Source: Iphione sp. A-MEVVRFRX5 (taxonomy: Eukaryota). Taken from it: 64,000 nucleotides of DNA. This document shows positions 51,701-64,000 of this stretch, one piece after another (the stretch's first letter is position 1; each line of letters starts with the position of its first letter). Where the stretch lies: contig OZ320322.1 of NCBI GenBank assembly GCA_976226885.1, positions 28,768,001 through 28,832,000 of the forward strand, written 5' to 3'. The notes beneath the pieces were generated by a model. It saw only the letters and a program-made list of their open reading frames with translations, did no database searches and was not told the DNA's origin. A program made the translations under genes and the position numbers.

Positions 51701-54700
51701 GCACAATGCGGTAGGGACTGGGGTGGTATAGCGACCTGTGTTACTAGAAGGCTGGAAGACAACCTGTGGCAAAGGATAGGCTGCGGGTTGTTGGAAGGAA
51801 TCTAATGACCACAGGTCAGCCAACAGCATAATGAGATCTAAGGAACCTTATGTACATCATCTAAACGTCAGCTCTGTTTATAAAGAGTGGTTCCTATCCA
51901 ATATCCGAGGCTATGTTGATGGGTAATGCTGCCATTTTCTTTTACTAAAACACGAACTCGGGTTTATTACCTTTACTTTTACCTGGTAATCAAAAGTCTG
52001 TATGATATTTCAGCCTCTATTAAGTCCCCAGCATGATAAGGATAATGGAGATATCAAGGAGTAGTGCAACTGGAAATCTATGGAATATGTCAGCGCTTCT
52101 TTGGCTTTGTAATGCAAGCAATCAACGTCCTGTGTTCGTATGATGAAAGAAGAGAACCAAAGTTAATCAAACGATTGCTTCAAAATACCGAATTCAATGT
52201 GTACTGTTCGAAAGTACTATCGTTCATGAGTCAAAGGTGCTTTGTGTAAGAGTCTCGCCGTATGTCAAAGAGCTTTAATTAAAGCAAGACTATAATACAG
52301 AAATGAAGACATATATTGAAACATCAGCTGGAAACAACACTGGAATACCGCTGCTGAAACCTTTGGAATCGTGTTAGTTTTTATTCTACTTTGGACTTCC
52401 ATAATGTTAATATCCAAAGCGCATTCCTTTTCGTTTCCTAATAGAAACCATATTATAGAACATTTTTGTAGATACTTAGCAATGCTCTATACACCCTAGT
52501 CTGAACCTACTGTAACATGCGAGTGTCTAAGAGAGTGCTGACAAGTGAACAGCAGAACAGATAACAAAAATAGAGAATATGGTTCACTCCAAATACACTA
52601 AAATAGTTATGCATGATGTGATCTTTCTCATATGTGCAACAAGAAAGGGTCTGTTTATTCAGGAAAACATGTTTACTTATATATTTTAGTGTTCACAATA
52701 TCACACAGAATACATAATAGTAGCTGAAAATAGAGTATTGTCTAAACATATGTCTGGTCTGGGGGAAACTGCATAATCCCAACTCCTGCTGTGCCATAGA
52801 TAATAATGATGCAGTTACCCTACAATGCAATACTTATCTGCACAATATAATTCTAAAACAGATCCCCTGCGCAGATCACCTGAAACGGATTACCCTGAGC
52901 CAGATCACTTACAAAATACATGCACACACTACACCATGAGAACAAATCAGGGCCAACACGTATGTAACTGCACTGATATGGAGTCACTTAGCATTGACCA
53001 TATGCTTTAATTGAAAGTATATGGAGCATATTGAAACTTGGTTGTACATATATATACCCCACAGTCTTAAGACCCTGTTCACATGTATCCTATAGGAAAA
53101 TATGTCTATGGGTCCGGAGATGTGGAATACTTCCTGTTTTTTTCTACTTTGTTGCACAAATATGCATACCAGATGTCTTTTTCCGTAGAAAATCCATCAC
53201 CAGTGGATTTTGAATACGGATACATGTCCTAATCCATTTTGAAATGGAGGCATATGAACATATTAGTAGAATTACTATGAGTGGTTGAAATACATCCATG
53301 GAGCCGTAACCATTTTAGGAAAATATGGATACAAGTGAATACAGTCTTATTCTGACTCAAAGTACAGGTAATACATGGGATAAATCTGCCAGATCATACC
53401 AAACAAATTAGGGGCAGAGGGACTGATGTTCTGCACTAACCTTTAAGGTGATGCGAATTTTCTTATGGGCTATCACTTACTGGACTAATGCTTCACAAAG
53501 GTAGACTGTGAGCTGGTGGCGGCACGCTATGGTCATGGTGCGAGCCATCGTCAGTTTGCTATATGCCTCGATTAAACGCCATCTGTTAAATGGGTCGTCT
53601 TTGCAGTTCTTCGATTGTTACCACAAGTGTCTACACGCTTCAGCGTTTCCATCGCTTTAAATAGTGGCTTTATTAAAGCGATATCCTTTTTAGAAATGGA
53701 TTCTTACTTATATCATCAGTTTACGCCAAATAAAAGCTTATTCTGATTCTCCTAGAAATCTTAGTCGAATACGTTGGATTCTGAAACACAACACGGCATG
53801 CCTAGTGCACTTCCATACCGGTGCTGCACTAACGAACATGGCATTCTGACAATTTTTGTGTCAGCGGTAATCTGTCATTCGGCTGAGACCTGACTGTAAT
53901 TGCTGTATTCATTTTCTCAAATGAGAGCAACACCAGGCAATAGTTTCTCTGTGAAAATAAAATCGTGTTTACAGGTATTTCCATTTCACTGTGGCTCTGG
54001 TTGGATCAACATTGGAAGAGCATATTGAACATTACTAATCTCCAGAAATGTAAATTGTTCTCAAGAGGGAATTCCAGATTATAAAATATTCAGGACAGGA
54101 ACACTCCTGTACAAATGAAAATTGATAACTTCAAGAGAAAAGAAGGAATAGTTGATGCAAATTCAGTCTTGCCATGCGGGCTTAAAAAATCCATATAATT
54201 AGCTCCTGTGCTTCCTACAATAAATACTGCTAAGAGGATTATTGTTCATATAATTCATTCAAAGAACTTTGGCAGAAACGTTTTAACCTGTTCATTGAAG
54301 GGAGGAAAACGTCATCACGGTGTTTAGTACCGTATTATTTCGTGTAATTCAGTACATGACTATAGCTTTATATCGAGGTTTACCCCCACAATATTACTTA
54401 CTGCAGAACAGTATACACTACCTTTTAGCAATATTACTGTCATTTTACGGACACTTGTTGGTAATTCCTTCCCATTTACATGTATGTATGTTTCTCACTT
54501 TAAGGCTTCTGCTCTATAAGGAAAGAACTTCATAGATGGCTTGTCCTGTTCAGTGTTGGTAAATTGGAGACACGGTGCGGATGCAGGCTCGTGATGATGA
54601 CTCGCGCTCCTACCTTTAACTTACATGGACATGATGATATCGATGCATAATATATAGTAAAGAGACCAAGCATCAAAAGGTCAGAAAGATGGCCAATGGG

Positions 54701-55647
54701 CTAGGATGTCACCAAAATGAGCCAACAGGAGAGAACAATTGTGTCTACAACATGGTTAACGACTGGCACCTTTACGCCGCCGGCTCTGCTTATTCCGGGT
54801 ATAACGAGGGGAGATGTGGGTTAACTAGAAATACCCGGAGGCTGTCCATGCTTCTGGATGATCATATGAGACATATGAGCGGTGAATGTGTATGTAGCCG
54901 GGGTTGTGCCGTGGGGGGGGGGGGCTGGGGAGGACGTTAGTGGTAAAAGGAGAATATCTCATTAACAAGTAGTGTTTACAGGGAGCCGAGGTAAATGTTG
55001 GGAGGGGCTATCAGGGTGAGCACAGCTCCACATGCTCATTAATGAGACGGATATCACATCAGGCGACGCACACCGCACTTCACTGCATACTGCTCTGTGG
55101 ACTAACAAGGTACACGCCTGCCCGTAACTAATACAAAAGATGCCTATCTGCGACAGGCGACAGGTGGGTGATGAGTTTTTTTTTTCTTTCTCTCTTCCAC
55201 CGGATATTCGAACACGCCCTGACAAACCAATATATGCAGACAATGGAAGAAGCAATACAAGAAGACTTTCTCCACACGTATGCACATAATTTTTTTTTCA
55301 AATCAATTCTCCCTGTGTTACTCCCCCTCCCCCCTTGCACCGTTGGGTCGGAGTCACATGCCAAATACATTAACCTCAGCTCGGAGAAGACTAATTAATG
55401 ACATTGTTAGCGAGTTATTCTGTCAAAAATAAAAATTCCCGGACTATTTCCTGCAATGCGTGGGGACGACAGTAAGAAGAATGGGCCCGGAGGCGGTGTC
55501 TCCCTGCACTGGTTTAATTGCTGCGGCATCTGGCCGACATGGGGCCGCCCACCGCCAAGAATTGTAAAAACAGGAAATTAATCGTGCCCGAGCTGGAACG
55601 GTGGAGACCGCTGTACAACGGGTAGCCGTGTTGGTGGTGCTGTTGGT

Positions 55648-55662
55648 AATAGTAGTAGTGGC

Positions 55663-55747
<85 letters not shown>

Positions 55748-55758
55748 CTAGTAGTAGT
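55648..55758. repeat. (TAG)n microsatellite, ~30 units
   Basis: Direct observation. Confidence 0.95.
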
Positions 55759-56525
55759 GGCCGTGCAGGTCTAGGCAGAATAACATTACGATAATACACG
55801 CGCTGCGAAAGGGCCAGTGAGATGCCACTGCCAGCGGCGACACCGTACAATGCCTGTCCTGATGTCCTATAATGCTGGGATTGGACACCTTGTATTGTTT
55901 GGCAGAAGCATACATGAGGCTACACCACCAGGCTACTTGTACCGAGTGCGGCTACACTAAGATTAAGATGATACTGAGTTGTTTACAATTGGCTTCTCGG
56001 TTGAGCAACAGTAGAGCACTAGATTAACGTTCTCCAACAATAGTAAACACACGTACTATTTTTCACTATCGGACCTGTCTGTTAGATAGTCCAGGAGTAC
56101 ATATACCGATGGACCCTGGCAAGGTATACTGGCAAAGGACTGATCATTCCTCATTTCAGTCTTTCACTCGTTCAGTTTTTAGTTTGCTTCTGTTATCTTT
56201 AAGCTGGTCCTGTCATGTCCAGGCTTTAGACTCATTCGGTTTCTCTTGGACGCCTTTCCATATTTTCCATATGTTATTTGGTCGCTACCTTTTTACCTCC
56301 CGGGGTTTTACCCAACCCTCTCCGTCTAGGTCTCTAAGCCCCTGGCCCTATATTTCTTCTCAATACTCTACCCCCAACAGCTTTATTTCTTAGAAGTCCT
56401 GTATAGTTATTTGCATTAATATCTATTGCATGTGCCTTGTATCACCACCTCTCTCTCCTTGTCCTCTTCTATTCCTCGATCCGCGGCTTCCTGTCTGTTC
56501 CTCTCTGTCCTCGTCGTCGTCTTCC

Positions 56526-56589
56526 CCCTCCTCCTCCTCCTCCTCCTCCTCCTCCTCCTCCTCCTCCTCCTCCTCCTCCTCCTCCTCCT
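56526..56589. repeat. (CCT)n microsatellite, ~21 units
   Basis: Direct observation. Confidence 0.95.
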
Positions 56590-56741
56590 CTTCCCTATAC
56601 CTACTTGTCCTGGTATCTCACAGGTGCTCCATCTTAATCCAGGAGCCGGTCGTCATGACGGCCTCCCGACACATTACCGTGACATTTACCCGGGGCTCAG
56701 CGGTGTGAGAGCCGCCACGTGCGAGCTGCTCATCTCTGCAG

Positions 56742-56852
56742 GAGCCGCTCAGCACACAACCATGAGCAGTTCATCCGGCTAAAAATCGCTGCCGAGGAAA
56801 TCGCCAGTAGGCATCGCAGCCCTGAGCGACAGCGGGCGACAACGGGGACGAG
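56742..56852 (+). CDS. Candidate symmetric internal exon, unknown product (SRSAHNHEQFIRLKIAAEEIASRHRSPERQRATTGT)
   Basis: The 111 nt between CTCATCTCTGCAG| and GAG|GTAAAT have a single open frame, in phase 2/2, with a charged helical-looking peptide. No family is recognised and it lies inside a CpG island. Confidence 0.3.
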
Positions 56853-57270
56853 GTAAATAACCTCTTCCTGCAGCCGCACTGAGCGCTGAGCTGGGGAAAG
56901 ATGGCACGAATCTAGACGACTAATGAAGTCTCAGCTCCTACCGGTCTCTCACTATGGCGCTGAACCAACCAGGCGCATGTAATATAAGACTGCTGCGCCT
57001 GGAAAGTCCGAATTTCCTGCAGCAACTTGCTTGCGAAGGCAAACACAATGTCGTCTTTTAACATGAAATATCGACCCCTGTCCGGCGGGATGTGACGTAA
57101 TGTATGCGAATCTGACACGCCCAAGAATGCAGAGGAAAAAGAAGGGGAAAAACAAAGAACTTCTGGAAGTGCCCTTTTTTTCTAGTGGATATAGGCCGTT
57201 TCATGATACCCCATCCTGTCTTTGGATCCCAGCCGGCGATACGTCCGGCCAGAGTTCGTTCGAAGCCATG

Positions 57271-57283
57271 CCGGCAGGGGGCG
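57271..57283 (+). promoter_or_regulatory. CTCF-type binding motif
   Basis: CCGGCAGGGGGCG is a 13/13 match to CCRSYAGRKGGCR. Confidence 0.4.
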
Positions 57284-58580
57284 ATAAGGAGACGTCACGG
57301 AGGGCACATTCATTACCGTCGACGTCGAGCGCCCCTTACCTCCGCTTGCCGTTGACCCCACGTAGCTCAGCTTCACACTGGCGGCTGGCCTCACCCGGCT
57401 TCTAAGCTAGCCTACGTACAGCTAATGTTATGACGCTGGTCAACCCCGCCTGCTGGCCTGCCTTATACCCGCCCGTTTCTTTTACACCGTGCTCCCACGT
57501 CTCATGCATGTACAACGCATAGAACCTGATTACGCGGCGAATGGAGGACATACGGACAATTCATTATCCAGATACTGCCCGTGTTTTACTTGCTGTTGAC
57601 GTATTAACATCAACATGTGCCTCATCGGTTTACATTCAAACTTAATCAAATGATCCAATAATATCTCACTCCATAGATCACATCTATTCCTGGTGATTTT
57701 GTCTGTACATATATTATTTAGCAACCCGCATACAAGTTATAGTTGGTTGCTCTTGAATTCCTTTGTATAGCATTCCATTGTGTAGGTATTCATTCCACGA
57801 ATAAAACTTCTCTTAACAGGGACATGCCTGTACATCTATATTGTTATTATACACTAACTACAACTAGGACATAAAACATGAATATGTACATAGTTTCAAT
57901 ATGTATTAATACTTGTGTACGTATAACTGAACAGGCATGTAAAGCGTACATACGTGTACTTATGTAAGCGTAGATGAACAGATGTACTGGTATTAGGGAG
58001 ATCAGATAAACATCGTTTTTAAAGAATAATGAAACGAACTCCTCTGAGAAAGCCCATCCTCAAATACTAAATACAGTACTATTAGTACTCCTAAAGCGTT
58101 GACCGACCACCAAATGTATTTTTAGAAGTATTTCTATACCATCTTCCTGCTGAGGCTGCATTAAATGATATAAAGATGGTTAGTTTACACAAACCATGAA
58201 AGGGCCCTTAACGTTTTTATTCCTGGGGCACCAAAACAAACGGCCGGCATCGACACTGGTGCAGTTCTTAATTTTACAGTTGTCTGCGCGCAAATTCCCT
58301 AGAATATGACAAAACCCAAAAAATAGTGGTTCATGACCGCGTAGGCACTTCGCCTCAAATTAGGTATGTCGCCCGTAAGGAGGGGGGGCAGGCCATTTCA
58401 TATCATTAAAATCTGGTTCCATGGTCTAAAAAGTGTACACAGCCTTTTTTTCCTCCCTCTCTGTTTAGTGTTGCTTTTTGTCCCAGTTCATTCGCTCAAT
58501 ATTTAAAGCCTGCATCAAATGGCCCTCGCTCACGGGTGGGTCGTTACAGGCCACCATTCCATTATCAGCCCCGACGGATA

Positions 58581-58593
58581 TGCCACCTAGTGG
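58581..58593 (-). promoter_or_regulatory. CTCF-type binding motif (reverse orientation)
   Basis: The reverse complement GG-CCACTAGGTGGCA is a 13/13 match to the core. Confidence 0.5.
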
Positions 58594-60435
58594 CCTTCGG
58601 TAGTATCAGTTTGATGCCTATTTTAATGGCAGTGATCCGGTGATCTCTTTCACCTAAGGGAGAGGCAGAGAGTTTAGCGACCCCGGGACTTGTGGGCCTG
58701 GGGCCCCGCCATTTCCGGCATTGGGTGGGCGGGGAAAGGGGCCCGGCATGCAGGACTGACCACTCGCGGTGCTTACTGAAGTGGTCTCAGCACTCGGTAC
58801 CATTAGTTGTCCCAATATGTCAGGATCAGCACCGCCCGGCTCCTAATTCACAGACTGGAGCATGTACGGCCGAGCCCCATTTCAGCCATTCAGAGGAATC
58901 TGTGCCCCTCGTGTTGCTTTTATGCTTTCTGGCTTTCCCACGTTCTGGCCTTGCTAGATCACGCTAATCTGACCTCCACCGCCGGTTGTACTCCTGACTG
59001 CAACGGTTGCTATTTCTCTGTCCTAGAAAAAAGCAGACCTAAATGGTGAAAGTTTAGATGTGCACGGCATGAAGCCGCCGTGCTTACTGGAAGTGGGGAA
59101 AAGGATCAATATGTAATGCTTTTAAGAGGCGTTCGACGGCAAATGTTTAGGCAATCTTAGTAGGTTTTCATCGTGACGGTCCTTGCAATTGTATAATGTC
59201 TGGTAACTCCAGACTCCGCTTGGCCAAGAAGCGGACGAGAAAGGCTTCCTCGAGTGCAGCTCTGAGTTCGGCATGCGACTTGCTTGGAATATCCTGGTAA
59301 TACAACAGTGAGAAGGAGTTATGACAACTAAAGTGACACTTGTTATGCTAACATGATAATGAACCCTCTCTCTCCCATGTGGGAACAGACATAACACAGA
59401 CCTAGCAGGTCAGACCCACTGCCTCCTATTTACATAACGCGGGGGCCCCACCCCAACTCTGCATTATACATTCGGACCGGCAGGGCATGGCCACCCCAAG
59501 GGTGTTGTATTAACACCCCTTTAAGATAGAAAACCCTCATCGTGGACCGGGTTTGATATGGGAAGTAATCGGTGATATGCATGTCTGGACTGAACACCGC
59601 CGGCCATGATGAATCACTGGGTGATTTGTAGACTTGTTTAACGCTAATAATTGTGCGGAGAATGCAGGGATTGAGGGCAATGGTCTGAAATAGAAACGCA
59701 ATATCCTGAGTGGTTAGTATTTAGTCCCTTTGAGCGGGGAATGCCTTGTAAGAGATTAATATTGAAAATGCTGTTTTGATTGCCAAGGAGGACAGGTCCT
59801 CGCAGACTTGACTAGCCAATTAATGTAGTGTTAATTTCCTGAGCCCTTTTTTGTTCGCAGCAAACTATCATTTGAATTGAGTATCAATTGACTCAGCTTT
59901 TTTCGCTCGCAATTCACCAAGTCACGTCTCACAGTCATGTAATATTTCGGCGCTTCCGTGCAATTTCACAGCAGCCAACAATGAAAAAAAGACTCTGTCA
60001 GTGCGGAATTCACTGGTGACAAGACGTTAGCATTTTGTGCATAACTCAAAGCGCGTCTTAAATTAGGTCCAAGTTTATATGACAGCTCCTATTCTGAGTC
60101 AACGCTTTTGAGGTTGAATAGTGCATGCGACAGACAATACATAATGGGCCACAATATGGCGTCGTCATGGTCGGCGGCAGTAATTTCCGGTCGGTGCTGC
60201 GGGCGTGCTGGGCAAGTGACCATGGGGCCGATTGCCGCTAGGTCGCGCTGCAGGCGTCAGGCGTAGGGACCGACGATGTGGGCGGGGCTTGGATTGTTAA
60301 ACAAGGAGGGGTTAAGGAAGGGGAGGAAATGGTGAAGGTATTTAATCACGCCAGCCAGAGAATACTGCCGAATGTGTACTGACACGGCTTCATTGTGACA
60401 AATGTAGCAACGAGAAAGGTAATAACTGTTACCAC

Positions 60436-60445
60436 TGCGCATGCG
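60436..60445. promoter_or_regulatory. NRF1-type motif
   Basis: TGCGCATGCG lies next to the CpG-rich zone 60130-60290. Confidence 0.3.
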
Positions 60446-60528
60446 TATATGCCCTAGCTGCCCGCTCGAGCGAATGAATATGAGAGTGGCTGGGGGCCGG
60501 GAATGATGGAGAAAGAGGGTGAAGACGA

Positions 60529-60530
<2 letters not shown>

Positions 60531-60608
<78 letters not shown>
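60531..60608. repeat. Compound microsatellite (AG)20(ACAG)n
   Basis: Direct observation. Confidence 0.95.
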
Positions 60609-63600
60609 TCAGAATTTCCCTTGTTCTCCCCTGAGACTTGTGCCTGTCATTCCTAACTGACCCCTTGACTATACCTTTCAACATCACGTGACCGAAAGAC
60701 AGACAGACAGAACCTGTAAAAAGGAAAAAGTGAGGAGAAAAAAGGCATCAAATTGTGAGAGGCCCTGTACCTACCCGCTCAGTGAGATGAGTTAAAGCGG
60801 CCAGCACCTAAACGTCTTGCCGCAGGACCTTCACAGCGTGGAGGCGGCAGTATGGTAAATGCAATGTTTTGGTCGGCCTGCCTTGGTCTCTCTTTGTAGC
60901 TAATCGGAGGACGTAAATTGCGGTTGATTACACCGCATATCAAGTGTCGACGATGCGTCAGTGAACTTTGGACCACAGCTACCCGAGGACGGCCCTATGG
61001 CTGGCCTTTCCCCATGGCCAACCCTACTAATTGATACACGATCGTAGTGGGTGATCTCAGATCAATTCTGTCCTGACAGGCTGGGGGATACACAGCAACA
61101 ACTAAGGAGGTATTCCTTTCGAGCTTCTGACCGCTAGAACTGGCCTTTCTCTCCTGCATGCTACATCTTGCAATACATGAATATGATTCTTGTGTGCTGC
61201 CTCTGTTTCATTGTCCCAATTGCTTTATTTTACTTTCTACATACAGTATATATTATGCATGCCGACGCTCGCCAGTATCCCTCGGTCATCAGTGCGCATT
61301 ATGTTTCTTCATACAACGTTTCAATGTACATGTAAAGCGCACGGGGGAGGACGCTGTTAGGGAATCATCCTCAAACAGAGAGAAACACTCAAGCATAAAA
61401 AAACGGAACTGCGGCAGACTGGGAGGGAGTGCGTGTTGACCGCTGCTCATTGCCATGGAACTGTCCAATGGATATTAGTGGGCGGACAAGCAAGAAGGGG
61501 CCGAGTGCTTTCCTCATTGCAGGACGACAGCGTAGGGCAGGCGGGGATAGCGGTTAGGGGGGGGGAGGAGCCGGAGGGGTGGGCGATGCGCTTGAGGCAT
61601 GGCAACGGGATATCGTGGGCTATATCAAAGGGGAACAGGAGCGCAGATCCAATTATCAAGGGCCTTCCTATTAATGGGATAACTTTCAAACTCATAATGG
61701 AGCTTGATGTGATAGAGGACAGGCATGGAGCGCTGCCTAACTCGTGTACCCTGCGAGCAGCAATGGTCACGACATGGGCCGCTCGCCTATATAGACCACA
61801 GATACTATCTATTGATAGACACTGCACGGTCAGGTGCTGCACAGATGACTAACATTAGTACGCCATATCCCCAAATCCCACCCCCACCCCCAAAGAAAAA
61901 AATATATATAAAAAAAGGGAGAACTTGTCTCTTTCTACCGTACTGAATATTACGGCAAGAACGACACATGTATATCCACAAAAATGGAGTGCCTTTTGAA
62001 AGTTCATGACTATATAAAGGGTTGGAAAAAAAACTTCTAGACTGAGTTAAAGATGGAGACACGATAGCTGAAGTAGGGCTCTAAAGCATAAAGCGGACCC
62101 CGTCAGTTTAGTCCCTTGTTAGCAGCATCTGGTTGTGATTGCGATGCTGTTTGCGTTAGATTAGGACCAATGGAAGTTTGGGAGCAGTCGTTGGCGTGTA
62201 TGGAGTTAATGGATCCTTGGAGGGGCCTTAAGGCTGTAGGCGCACAGAGAAAACTGAAGTATCTTCAGGATTTGAGGAATAACTGCTCCGGAAAATACGT
62301 CATCAGAACTGGACATGTCGGTCAATCAAATAGGTGAGTTTCTAAGGCAGGAAGCACCTGCCAGTTAATAATCCATTGACCATCACATTTAAGGCCACTA
62401 TGGTGTCATTTATATCTGACATGGTCATAAAAGTATGTAGTCCAACTAAAAACAAACAACCTATACTGTGGACATTTCGCCAAACAAAGGTGTGGCATAC
62501 ATGTATAGCCGTTGTAAATCCAATAAAAACGAAACTTCAGTAGGTCTTAAGTGTAAATGGGTTACCTCTCGTAGAACAAAATTGTCTGGTCCTGTATCCT
62601 GTTCACGTCGAGGTTGGGTGGGGTAATATTCATCAGGATAAATAGGTTTTCCATGGAAGATTGGTCATCGCCTCCCCACTGCACTGACGCAGACTGGGTG
62701 GCATCCCCCCCCCCCATCCTACCTGGTTTTAGTGGGGGGGGCGGTGGGTGGGATTAGCCATCTTACCTGACTTCATTATGCTCACCCGCCGCCTCTATAT
62801 TAGGATGACATCTTCATCCACTTAATCTACCCCATCTCGATTGTATTCAAGGTTGCGTTCATAGAGAAAGACCTCAATCAACCTTCATTATACCAGAGTC
62901 GCCTGCCTCCTTCTAACCTCGTCATAAAAAGGCTTCTTCTTTTTTTCGCCCAGGTGAACTTAATTAAATCTAAATGGTATTTTGAACAGGTAAAAGCAAT
63001 TCAGATAGTGGTCACATGAGCCGTAGCGGTTCCTTTACGAGAAACGTTCTCTTAGACGAGCACTTCTTGATATTAAAGGCTTCTGTCTTTTTTTTACTAG
63101 AGCTTATAAATAAAAGTTTATGAGGAGGGATATGACTGGAGGAAAGCACCACCTGGCTGTGGAGGAGGACCAGGGTTTGCAAGATCAGGCCATTCCTGCC
63201 CACCGCCATAACCTGGATACCCACCTATATAGCTACAAAGACCATTCTTGTGGGAGGCAGCCGTGCGTGCGGGGATATAGGGCCTAAGCTTACTTGATGT
63301 GGTCCCCTTGTAGCCATGATAATACATCACCTGGAATGCCTTGGACAATGCGCCTCCATATTCATTGAGATAACAGGTAGGGGACGCTGCCTGCGACAGG
63401 CAGCGGAACAAAGGAGGGTCCGCCACACACCTATGACCTTCGTAAATCAATTAATCACAACCGTCATATTTTCCCTCCTCCCAGCGCCATTCTTTTCCTC
63501 TATCTTTACACCAAAAGCTCTCTGTTGCTGTTCTCTGTGTTTTTGACCCACCCGCCCACTCCCAGACACTTTCACCAAACGCAGGTTTATCGTACACTTG

Positions 63601-64000
63601 AATACCCTGTATATCACGAGAGAGTTCGGTTACTGGTAGCCAGTACCACTTCCGAGTCTAAGAACGATCTAATGGACAGATAGGTGGTTGTGGCAGCGTA
63701 TTGATATCCCAGTATGTCTGTCTCTAATTTATCACCATAAAAAAAGACATGAATATACTCGATAATAGTACTATGATATCTTCATGGAAGAACGACCAAC
63801 GCACACCTAGTAGCACCTTGCATTAATGGGTGCATCGATTTTAACATTTAGCATCGATAGCGTCAATCGTAGTGTACGAGTCAGGGCGATGTAGAGTAAT
63901 AAAATGTTCATCATGTTGTCCCCTACAGTATTGTGACTCTATGCTCCCGTACGGGGATCGATATCAAACCACTACTTCCACATAAGAATGCAGAATTCGC

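Noticed and set aside
3598-60687. ORFs with poly-L, poly-S, poly-P, poly-Q or ER/LS repeats in the supplied track
   Set aside because: They are translations of microsatellites: (TC)n, (TCTG)n, (TAG)n, (CCT)n, (CAG)n and (GGT)n.
1176-63452. Scattered Pbx/Hox-type TGATTTAT/TGATTGAT sites suggesting a Hox cluster
   Set aside because: Counts are near expectation for this base composition, and no homeobox or hexapeptide exon was found.
63603-63624. TACCCTGTA, the 5' end of miR-10
   Set aside because: The match ends after 9 nt and there is no complementary arm to form a precursor hairpin.
1-64000. Prokaryotic systems (CRISPR arrays, defence operons, phage or IS genes)
   Set aside because: There are no long ORFs, operon structure or regularly spaced repeat-spacer units; the sequence is eukaryotic in character.

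Overview
Eukaryotic nuclear DNA, almost entirely non-coding, with one 166-N assembly gap (15918-16083). I found no intact gene, rRNA, tRNA, CRISPR array or prokaryotic operon, and many ORFs in the supplied track are microsatellite or low-complexity read-throughs. Near-perfect CTCF, NRF1, ETS/YY1 and RFX-type motifs in or near CpG-rich islands, plus at least 19 copies of the palindrome TACATGTA, suggest a bilaterian invertebrate. That is inference; the species cannot be determined from this window. The window looks like a very long intron or gene-desert regulatory landscape carrying decayed retroelement fragments (Penelope-like, LINE-like, a possible LTR end), many microsatellites and a few weak isolated exon candidates. 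The most striking structure is on the minus strand: two consensus recursive-splice (ratchet) sites of the form pyrimidine tract-CAG|GTGAGT. Each is followed 38-50 nt later by a second GTAAGT donor, defining a short exon with stops in all three frames. A weaker third site lies between them. All motif counts and expectations were made by eye and are approximate.
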